A stretch of 32,574 nucleotides of DNA from Myxococcota bacterium (GTDB taxonomy: Bacteria > Myxococcota_C > UBA6777), in the NCBI GenBank assembly GCA_023150835.1, contig JAKLKB010000075.1, positions 1-32,574 on the forward strand. Reading direction: 5' to 3'. The notes below the pieces were generated by a model. The model had not been told where the DNA came from and did not search any database. It saw only the letters and a program-made list of their open reading frames with translations. Shown here piece after piece: positions 25,066-32,574 of the stretch (its first letter is position 1; the number at the start of each line of letters is the position of its first letter). A program made the position numbers and the translations under genes.

Positions 25066-25419
25066 TACGATATCCGCCCGTTGTGTTATCGTAAAAATGT
25101 AGGGGCAGCAAGGCGTGGCTGCCCAAGAATCGGGCGGTTCGCGAACCGCCCCTACATGATTCGATCACACATCTCGCGGATATCGGATAATACGAGATCC
25201 GCCCGTTGCATTATCGTAAAAAGGTAGGGGCAGCCCCCTGTGGCTGCCCAGCAATCGGGCGTCTACGTACTCTCCTTTGTGTATACATCACTCGGACATC
25301 GGATAATACGAGATCCGCCCGTTGCATTATCGTAAAAAGGTAGGGGCAGCCCCCTGTGGCTGCCCAGCAATCGGGCGTCTACGTACTCTCCTTTGTGTAT
25401 ACATCACTCGGATATCGGA
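25066..25419 (+). mobile_element. Three tandem MITE-like family 1 copies (25066-25187, 25191-25303, 25307-25419)
   Basis: Copies separated by TAA; copies 2 and 3 nearly identical; GTAGGGGCAGCCCCCTGTGGCTGCCC hairpin; copy 1 also has gggcggttcgcgaaccgcccctac. Confidence 0.85.
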
Positions 25420-25503
25420 TAACGGCGCAACACGACCGAAGGGAGTTTCACTACAACGATACGGAAGCTCGGCACACAGCGAGAGATCGATCTCTCAGGG
25501 GAG

Positions 25504-26190
25504 CTAGGCACGTGGCGAAAGATCGAGCGCGAAAGGTTGTGGGTGCAGTTGGAGAGCGTGTGCGATGGCGTGTGCGATGGGTTGAGCGGCTTCTTTGGGG
25601 GAGGGGGCGTTGGGGAAGGTCTGTTGAAGGGAAGCGACGCCTTTGTGAGCGAGACCGCAGGGGACGATCAGATCGAAGAGATGAAGGGGAGTTTGAAGGT
25701 TGAGCGCAAAGCCGTGCATCGTCACACCTTGGTGGAGATGAAAGCCGAAGGCAGCGATCTTGTGGGAGTCGAGCCAGACCCCGGGGTACTCGGGATCATA
25801 GAAGGGATCAAGTGAAAAGCCTTGTAGATAAGAGATGATCGCAGCGGCGATCGTTTCAACAAAGGCGGGCAAAGAGAGGTTGCGTTTGCCGATATCGACG
25901 ATCAAGTAGCCGACGAGTTGGCCGGGGGCGTGCAGCGTCGCATCTCCGCCGCGATCGGAGCGGATCACGGAGACGCCTTGGGCGGCGAGGGCGGTGTTGT
26001 CTTGGCGGAGGCTTTGTTCTCCGCGCAGACGGCCCAACGTAATCGTGGGGGGATGCTCAAGCAGCAGCAAAGTATCGGGGATCTGGCCTTGGATCCGCTG
26101 TTCGCGTAGCTGTTTTTGGTGTTCCCACGCAAGCAAGTAAGGGACTGTGCCTGCATAGGTCCAGCGAAGATCGGCGGGAGGATGGGGCAT
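25504..26190 (-). CDS. lipB: Lipoyl(octanoyl) transferase
   Basis: LLLLEHPPTITLG, DRGGDATLHAPGQLVGY, GVW ... KIAAFG, HGFALN, IVPCGL. Confidence 0.96.
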   Translation of the reverse strand: MPHPPADLRWTYAGTVPYLLAWEHQKQLREQRIQGQIPDTLLLLEHPPTITLGRLRGEQSLRQDNTALAAQGVSVIRSDRGGDATLHAPGQLVGYLIVDIGKRNLSLPAFVETIAAAIISYLQGFSLDPFYDPEYPGVWLDSHKIAAFGFHLHQGVTMHGFALNLQTPLHLFDLIVPCGLAHKGVASLQQTFPNAPSPKEAAQPIAHAIAHALQLHPQPFALDLSPRA

Positions 26191-26386
26191 GGGGTCGCTC
26201 TCCGAGAGTGGGAGGTCTGGGGTCGCTCTCCGAGAGCGGAAGGTTCGGGGTCGCTCTCCGAGAGTGGGAGGTCTGGGGTCGCTCTCCGAGAGTGGGAGGT
26301 CTGGGGTCGCTCTCCGAGAGTGGAATGTCTGGGGTCACTCTCCGAGAGTGGGAGGTCTGGGGTCGCTCTCCGAGAGTGGAATGTCT
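26191..26386. repeat. 28-bp tandem repeat x7 abutting the lipB start codon
   Basis: ggggtcgctctccgagagtgggaggtct x7 with minor variants and no spacers. Confidence 0.95.
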
Positions 26387-26423
26387 GGCGCGCTAGGCGT
26401 GGAAAGATCGGTCGGATGGGGCT

Positions 26424-29400
26424 TTAGCGCTTGCCTCGGAGGATGTCGGCGACTTCGCTTTTGACGACTTCGTTGGGATCATTGACGAGGCGTGCAAGCA
26501 GATCGTGGGATTCGGGGGTGTTGATCTTGTGGAGGGCTTTGACAGCGCGCAAGCGGATCAGCCAGTTTTTGTTTTTGACTTCGCGTTCGAGGTGGGGGAT
26601 CGCAGATTCGCCGATACGAGCGAGAGCTTCGGCGGCGACTTCCCATTCGTCTCCGCTGCGCAGCCGCTTGATGATGGCCTCGATGGCGTGTTCGGAGCGC
26701 ATGGAGCCGAGGGCAAGGATTGCAGCCGCCCGTTGATCGGGGCGTGGCAAGTGCAGCCACGAAAGCAAGAGGGGTTCGGCTTCTTTGCCGAATTGTGTAA
26801 AGACTTCGGCAAACGTGCGGGCTTCTTGTTCTTCAAGCTGTGGAAAGATCGACGCGATCTGGTCGATGTGTTCGAGGTTTTCGGGGCGGCACAACGCAGC
26901 GGCGGCATCCATGCGGTTTTGTGGAGCTTGGAGAAGTTGTAGCAGATCCGAAACGGCCATCTCTTGGAAGTCTTCAAAGACCTCGAAGTCATCGACTTCT
27001 TCGGCCTCAAGATCTTGTTGGCTTTGTTCTTGGGCGTGTCGTTCGGCACGCGCTGCGAGTTCTTCGATATCACTGTCGATCTCGATGCTGTATCGGTCGC
27101 AATCATCGATCAGATGCTGCCAGTTTTCCAGATTGTCTGCGGCGCTTAGGTCGTTGGGTTGGCGGATCTGGAGGTTGGCTTCCGCAAAGTTGCTGAGGAG
27201 TTTTCGCAGAAGGTCTTGACGAGAGCTTCCGAATTGGAAAAGCACCGCAAGATCAAGCATATGATCGCGCAAAGCGATCCCAAAGTCGATACAAGCGCGC
27301 AAGACGCGCTTTTGGATCTCGCGGAAGTAAGTGAGCGCAAACGATTTGACGGAGATCAGGTAGTCTAGCTGTTCGCGTTCGGACCAGTAAGAGACGATGC
27401 CGATGGCGAGGCGCGCTGCGGCAGGTGAGGGGATATCGATAAAAGAGTCTTGTTGGAAGTTGTGGTTCATCTTGCCGAGGCGATCGTATTCTTCTTCTTG
27501 GAAGTCGTCGATGGCGGCGTCGAAGTCGCGCTGGTTGGCCGGCAGGGTGGCTTGCCAACGCCGCGCTTCATCAAGGACGTATTCGACGTTTTGTTCGAGC
27601 GGAAGGTACACTTGGAGATCGCGATAGACCAGATGTTGCTCGTTGCAGAGGTTGATCTGAAGGGTGAATTCTTGGCTGAGTAGATCGAAGAACATCACAG
27701 CTTGCGGATCGACCAGATCGACGGGACAAGCAAGGATGTGTTGAAGCACCCCGTCGCCATCTTCAAAGGCCAAAAGACACATGATGAGTGGATAGCTGCG
27801 CAATCGGTGGAGTTGGAGGTAAAAGTGCGCTTGTCCACCGCGATCGAGGATCCGCGACTGGCTCAGCGGGCAAAGAAAGTGGATCGAGGCGATCTGTTGG
27901 GCAGGATCGATGCTGTACCAGTACGATTGGCCGCTTTGTTGCCACGCTTTTTTGTCGGCGGGGGCGGCTTTGGGTGGGTGGATCTCGGCGGATGCGCTGA
28001 TGCCTTCGCCAACTGTCGTTCGGATGGCCGTTGCCGAACGCAGCTTGCTTTGGCGCATCTCGGCAAGGGATGACAGCGGGGGACGCGCAACGGTCGGGAT
28101 ATCGGGTATAAAGTCTTCACGGGTTTCCGCTACAGGATTGACGCCTCGTAAGGCCGGTCGTGTCATCGCTTCCGAAGGATCTTTGACGATCGGCTCTTCT
28201 TCGCCTAAGCCTAAAAGCGCAGACAATCGGTCTTGTTCGCGTTTTGGATCAAAGGCCCCGTCACCTGTGGGCTTGCTTGGAAACCTTGCAGATTCGGACT
28301 TGCTTGGAAAGCCCATGATCTTATCAAGGTTGGTTTCATCGCCTTGTAACTCGGAAAGCATCTTGGCGGCATCTTCGGAGAGTCGAGATATCTGGGTCGC
28401 AGGTTCGGATTCTTCGATCGATGGCAGTGGCGAAGCCTCGGTCGATTGGAAGTCCACGCCTCTCGCAGGGGTCGCCTCTTCGCCTTCGATACCGAGCAGG
28501 GCGCGGGCTTTGCGTTGATCTTCTTCGGATACAGGCACCATCAGCGTAGGTGGGGCATCGTCAAGATCGTCTTCTGCGACGATCTTTCCCACCACCACTT
28601 TGTCGGGCATCAGTTGCGCAAGAGAGGGTTTTTCGAAGGCGCTCTTGTCTAGGGCCACAGATGCAGGGGTCGATCTTTCCGATGGCACCGATGGTTTGAG
28701 CGATGCAAGCGGAGCCCCCGGTAGATTCGACAGCGACGGCGTCGAGGGCATCGCGCCTGTGGGAGGGACGGCGGTGTTGCGCCTTGGGACAGCAGGCAGC
28801 GAACCACGCGAGGGAGACGCCGATGCTTCCGTGACTTTGGAAGCTGTATGAGCTTCTACAAACGGCGCTTTGGAAGCTGTATGGGCTTCTACAAACGGCG
28901 CTTTGGAAGCTGTATGAGCTTCTACAAACGGCGCTTTGGAAGCTGTATGAGCTTCTACAAACGGCGCTTTGGGGAGAGATTTGGCTTCGATCGAGGGCAA
29001 GGAACTCGAAGAAGGAAAGCTCGGAGCCGAGGCGTTGAGTTGCTCTTGGGAGGGGGATGTTCGGCGGGGCGCAGCAAAGGCGCTTAAATCCCCAAGCGAT
29101 GGGGCTTCTGGAAAGGGCAGCCGGTTGGGTAAGCCCGAAGGAGGGGGCGAAGTGAGGGGAGCCGCCGTTGCAGGGGCCGAAGTGAGGGGGGCTGCCGTCA
29201 CAGGGGCCGAAGTGAGGGGGGCCGAATGAAGCGCCGTCGTTGTGGGAGACGTCATGGCAGGAGCCGTCGTTGTCGGGGCCGAAGTGAGGGGGGCTGCTGT
29301 TGCAGAGGCCGAAGTGACGGAGGCGGAGGTTGTCACAGCACTTTGTGGCGGGAGATGGGGGCCTGCAAGGAAGCTTTCGCGTTGGATCGCCGCAGCAGCT

Positions 29401-29852
29401 TGGTGCTGGACAAATTCGATGTGGGGCTGCATCGCATAAGACGGGAGCACCGAGCGCGGAGCGACGCTGAGGTATTCAAACCACCAACGCATCACCAAGG
29501 GGACACGATGCCGAAAAGCCTCGGGCAAGCGAAGGACGATGCGTTTTTTGGACTCGTCGTGGATCAGCAACGGGCGCAACAACGGCATCTCTTGCCCGGA
29601 GGTCGGGCAGATCACCCACTCGACTTTTTGAGGCGACGGATAAGACCGTTCGTCTTGGGCGCGAATCGAGCAGTGGACTTGGTGGGTGGAGACGACGCCT
29701 GTGTCGCTTATCAAGCGCAGTTGGGCTTGTTGGGTTTCAAACAGATCAGGGATGATCGTGGCGTGCGCAAAGAAGGTTGGCCCCGGTAGCGCTTGGGGTC
29801 CGTTGGTGGGGAGTCCGTAGGTTGGGCAAAAAGTCAGCATCGCTTTATCCAT
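26424..29852 (-). CDS. Large HEAT-repeat domain protein with a long disordered linker
   Basis: C-terminal RAAAILALG ... AAEALARIGESAIP ... IRLRAVKAL ... DPNEVVK HEAT-like repeats; Pro/Ser/Thr-rich middle; 1142-aa ORF. Confidence 0.85.
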   Translation of the reverse strand: MDKAMLTFCPTYGLPTNGPQALPGPTFFAHATIIPDLFETQQAQLRLISDTGVVSTHQVHCSIRAQDERSYPSPQKVEWVICPTSGQEMPLLRPLLIHDESKKRIVLRLPEAFRHRVPLVMRWWFEYLSVAPRSVLPSYAMQPHIEFVQHQAAAAIQRESFLAGPHLPPQSAVTTSASVTSASATAAPLTSAPTTTAPAMTSPTTTALHSAPLTSAPVTAAPLTSAPATAAPLTSPPPSGLPNRLPFPEAPSLGDLSAFAAPRRTSPSQEQLNASAPSFPSSSSLPSIEAKSLPKAPFVEAHTASKAPFVEAHTASKAPFVEAHTASKAPFVEAHTASKVTEASASPSRGSLPAVPRRNTAVPPTGAMPSTPSLSNLPGAPLASLKPSVPSERSTPASVALDKSAFEKPSLAQLMPDKVVVGKIVAEDDLDDAPPTLMVPVSEEDQRKARALLGIEGEEATPARGVDFQSTEASPLPSIEESEPATQISRLSEDAAKMLSELQGDETNLDKIMGFPSKSESARFPSKPTGDGAFDPKREQDRLSALLGLGEEEPIVKDPSEAMTRPALRGVNPVAETREDFIPDIPTVARPPLSSLAEMRQSKLRSATAIRTTVGEGISASAEIHPPKAAPADKKAWQQSGQSYWYSIDPAQQIASIHFLCPLSQSRILDRGGQAHFYLQLHRLRSYPLIMCLLAFEDGDGVLQHILACPVDLVDPQAVMFFDLLSQEFTLQINLCNEQHLVYRDLQVYLPLEQNVEYVLDEARRWQATLPANQRDFDAAIDDFQEEEYDRLGKMNHNFQQDSFIDIPSPAAARLAIGIVSYWSEREQLDYLISVKSFALTYFREIQKRVLRACIDFGIALRDHMLDLAVLFQFGSSRQDLLRKLLSNFAEANLQIRQPNDLSAADNLENWQHLIDDCDRYSIEIDSDIEELAARAERHAQEQSQQDLEAEEVDDFEVFEDFQEMAVSDLLQLLQAPQNRMDAAAALCRPENLEHIDQIASIFPQLEEQEARTFAEVFTQFGKEAEPLLLSWLHLPRPDQRAAAILALGSMRSEHAIEAIIKRLRSGDEWEVAAEALARIGESAIPHLEREVKNKNWLIRLRAVKALHKINTPESHDLLARLVNDPNEVVKSEVADILRGKR
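28835..28972. repeat. In-frame 33-bp tandem repeat x4 (KAPFVEAHTAS)
   Basis: ctttggaagctgtatg(a/g)gcttctacaaacggcg x4. Confidence 0.92.
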
Positions 29853-30098
29853 GATTCGGGTGGGAGAGCCAAACTGTTGGTGTCTTTCAGGGTTTGCGCT
29901 TGTTTGTTTTCGGTTGTATGCTGGGCGTTCTGTGCGCGGTAGATGGGTAGAAATGGGCGGGCGAAAGAGTTAACATAGCCCCCCTTGTACTGTCAAGCAG
30001 ACTCTTGGAATATGAGAACGCCCGTCATTCGGGCATTCTTGTTCGATGTCTGTCCTTGTTCTCAAACGCACAGTCACGCAATCGCCCGATAGGCCGAG

Positions 30099-31841
30099 GT
30101 GGAGGTTGGATTGACACCAGAATCGAGAACCCTTGCAGATTTTCCAGAGGCTTGGATCGCAGAGATCCACCAACGGCCTTTGTGCCAGTTTTTGCAGATC
30201 CAGATGCGCCATTACAAACAGGGCGCTGCTTCCGCACGGATGCGCTTGAGCCCCCAAAGCCTCGAACCCGATGGCCTTGTCTCCGAAGGCGCACTCGCAA
30301 CCCTCGGCAGTTGGACCGCTCAACTTGCGATCTTCACCCTTGTTGGACAGGGTCGTTCGATCGTGCCGTTGGAGCATCGCATCAGCCTGCTGCACACCGC
30401 ACGAGCGGGCGATCTGATCGCCAAAGCCCGCGTTGAACACCTGCGCGCCCGCCTTGCTCACTGCTCCTATCGCATCGTCGACCAAGACGGAGAAGTCGTC
30501 GCTGTCGGCGGCTTTCTGGCCGATGTCTTGCCCCGTGAGCCGATGCTCCGCACCACCGATCGCTCTCTCCCCGAAACTTCCCCTCCGTCGGATGACCCCC
30601 GCTGGGCCGAAGAAGGCGATGCCTCCTCCTTGGATGTCGCGTCGCCCCCCCCTCCGCACGAACACTCTTTTCCACACCAACATCCCTCCCCATTCCCGCC
30701 GGACGGCCCTTTGCAAACTGTTCGATCGCAAGCTTCTCACAAACACTCTTTCCAAGATGAACCCTCTTTCCAACAGGAACACTCCACCCAAGAACTCCAC
30801 ACACCACCGAACGATTCTTTCCAACACAACGAGGCTGTCGTTTCGATCGATGTCACCGATGATTCCGCTTCAACGCCTCTTTTCGGGCTTGCTGATCTTC
30901 CCGCCCCTGCTTCTTCACCAACTCTCCCCAAGGATACGCTCGTTTCTCAGTCCTCCCCCTTTGATGACGATGATTCCCTCGAAGAGACCGTACTTTCCTC
31001 TGTCGGAAGCCTCCTTCAAGGGCGTCCCCTCCCTTCTTCCTCGCTCAACACTTCCACCCCTCCCACCCGGCCCACCTCTGCTACCGCATCGCTACCCCCC
31101 GCCTCTTCGGTCTCTGCTACCGCATCGCTACCCCCCGCCTCTTCGGTCTCTGCTACCGCATCGCTTCCCCCCGCCTCTTCGGCCTCTGCCACAACATCGC
31201 TTCCCCCAGTACCTTCGGCCTCTTCCGCAGCATCGATATCCACTCACTCCCCAAGCACAGTTTCCTCGACCGTTGTACGTCCTTCGCACGCCTCGCCACT
31301 CCCGCCTCCAACGAACGTCGGGCGCATCACTTCGGAGTGGTCGTCTCCTTTTGTTCCCAAAGCATCGGCCTCTCCGACCTCTTCCATCGGAAACCCCACC
31401 CCCATCGTCCGAACTGGCGCGTACTCCGCGATCCCCGACCCCCTCATGCGCAAGGATTCCTCTTCTTCCCAAAACATCCCCACCCCACCCCACCCCACCG
31501 CCGAAGATACCGAAAAATACACACGCCCGTCTTTTTCGACCGAAGACACCGAAAAACACACACGTCCGCTCTTTTTGACCGAAAACACCGAAAAACATAC
31601 GCGCCCACCCCTTCCGACCGAAGACTCCGAAACCTATACCCCGTCTCTTTCCACACATCACGGCGCAAGAACCTTTGATGAACACCTCGACACGGGCGAA
31701 TTCGATAGCCCCACAGACACCCACACGATGCTTTCTTGGCGCGCCGCCCCCACCCCACCCAACAAAGAAGAACCCCCCTCGCCCTCTGTGATCGATGCTG
31801 ACTTTTTCGATGATGAACCCAAAACCCCAAGCCGACGCTAA
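30099..31841 (+). CDS. PaaI/hotdog-fold domain protein with a long disordered C-terminal tail
   Basis: FLQIQM ... GLVSEGALATL ... LEHRISLLHTARAGDLIAKARVEHL ... DGEVVAVG hotdog pattern; tail has SATASLPPASSV and TEDTEKHTRP repeats; start may be TTG at 30111. Confidence 0.75.
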   Translation: MEVGLTPESRTLADFPEAWIAEIHQRPLCQFLQIQMRHYKQGAASARMRLSPQSLEPDGLVSEGALATLGSWTAQLAIFTLVGQGRSIVPLEHRISLLHTARAGDLIAKARVEHLRARLAHCSYRIVDQDGEVVAVGGFLADVLPREPMLRTTDRSLPETSPPSDDPRWAEEGDASSLDVASPPPPHEHSFPHQHPSPFPPDGPLQTVRSQASHKHSFQDEPSFQQEHSTQELHTPPNDSFQHNEAVVSIDVTDDSASTPLFGLADLPAPASSPTLPKDTLVSQSSPFDDDDSLEETVLSSVGSLLQGRPLPSSSLNTSTPPTRPTSATASLPPASSVSATASLPPASSVSATASLPPASSASATTSLPPVPSASSAASISTHSPSTVSSTVVRPSHASPLPPPTNVGRITSEWSSPFVPKASASPTSSIGNPTPIVRTGAYSAIPDPLMRKDSSSSQNIPTPPHPTAEDTEKYTRPSFSTEDTEKHTRPLFLTENTEKHTRPPLPTEDSETYTPSLSTHHGARTFDEHLDTGEFDSPTDTHTMLSWRAAPTPPNKEEPPSPSVIDADFFDDEPKTPSRR

Positions 31842-31940
31842 CAACGCATCACAACACACGGAAAGAACAGTCCACGGACAACGACCAACGGGAGTTGCGC
31901 GCTTCGCAAAACACGGAACACACGGAAAAGGGGGCAGAAA

Positions 31941-32400
31941 GGGTGGGCGGATCGTGTGGATGACCTGTGGACGGGTGCTTTGACAGCGTGGGTGGTCTGT
32001 GGACAGGTTCTTTGACGATGTGGACGGCCTGTGGAGGGATGGGCTGACGACGTGCATGGTCTGTGGATGGATGGGCTGACAACGTGCATGGTCTGTGGAC
32101 AGGTTCTTTGACGATGTAGACGGCCTGTGGAGGGATGGGCAGAGCGTGTGGGTGGTCTGTGGAGGGATGGGCAGAGCGTGTGGGTGGTCTGTGGAGGGAT
32201 GGGCAGAGCGTGTGGTGGGTCTGTGGACAGGTGCTTTGATCGTGTGGATGGTCTGTGGATGGATGGGTAGAGCGTGTGGTGGGTCTGTGGACAGGTGCTT
32301 TGACCGTGTGGATGGTCTGTGGATGGATGGGCAGAGCGTGCGGGTGGTCTGTGTAGGGATGGGCAGAGCGTGTGGTGGGTCTGTAGATGGATGTTTTGAC
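31941..32400. repeat. Degenerate minisatellite with an exact 32-bp period, 14 units
   Basis: ctgtgga core at 31965, 31997, 32029 ... 32381, every step exactly 32 bp. Confidence 0.92.
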
Positions 32401-32495
32401 GGGAGGGGTCGGAGGGTGTTTGCGAAATAGCGAGATCTTTTGGACTGGTAGACAGAAACATCGGAGGAATGGACGTCTTGTGATGTCCCCTCTCA

Positions 32496-32574
32496 GACGA
32501 GATCCGCCCGTTGAGTGATCGTAAAAATGTAGGGGCAGCCCCCTGTGGCTGCCCAACCATCGGGCGGTTCGCGA
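32496..32574 (+). mobile_element. MITE-like family 1 copy, truncated by the window edge
   Basis: gacgagatccgcccgttg ... gtaggggcagccccctgtggctgccc ... gggcggttcgcga. Confidence 0.8.

Noticed and set aside
26191-26386. CRISPR array (28-bp palindromic repeats)
   Set aside because: Repeats are contiguous with no spacers and there are no cas genes
31941-32400. CRISPR array, or real proteins 31838-32560 and 31849-32556
   Set aside because: No unique spacers; the period is not a multiple of 3; both ORFs start inside a MITE copy and are open because of strand composition bias

Overview
Mostly core chromosome of a probable Myxococcota (deltaproteobacterial) bacterium, inferred from a MYXO-CTERM sorting signal, MopE-like Cys repeats and long acidic/Pro-rich disordered linkers. 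Housekeeping genes: mtnA, folD, aroC, mitochondrial-type aconitase, HU, lipB, a CcmA-like ATPase and a split RdgC-like pair. Also present are a PP2C phosphatase, an orphan NarL/UvrY-type response regulator, a SpoIID/LytB surface protein and several repeat-rich hypothetical proteins. Two genes missing from the ORF track were read directly: a 36-aa Cys-repeat protein running off the left edge and a 52-aa lipoprotein. The best novel candidate is a ~180-nt intergenic RNA (about 15775-15954) downstream of the response regulator: a sigma54-type promoter, nine GGA motifs (five in hairpin loops) and an intrinsic terminator, which is the architecture of CsrB/RsmZ-type CsrA-sequestering sRNAs. Intergenic DNA is dense in repeats: eight copies of a ~112-bp REP-containing MITE-like element (three abut TAA stop codons), three copies of a second ~127-bp element, an exact 32-bp-period array, and several local duplications of gene starts and ends. 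No transposase, cas, tRNA or rRNA gene was seen. All calls come from reading the sequence; no searches were run.
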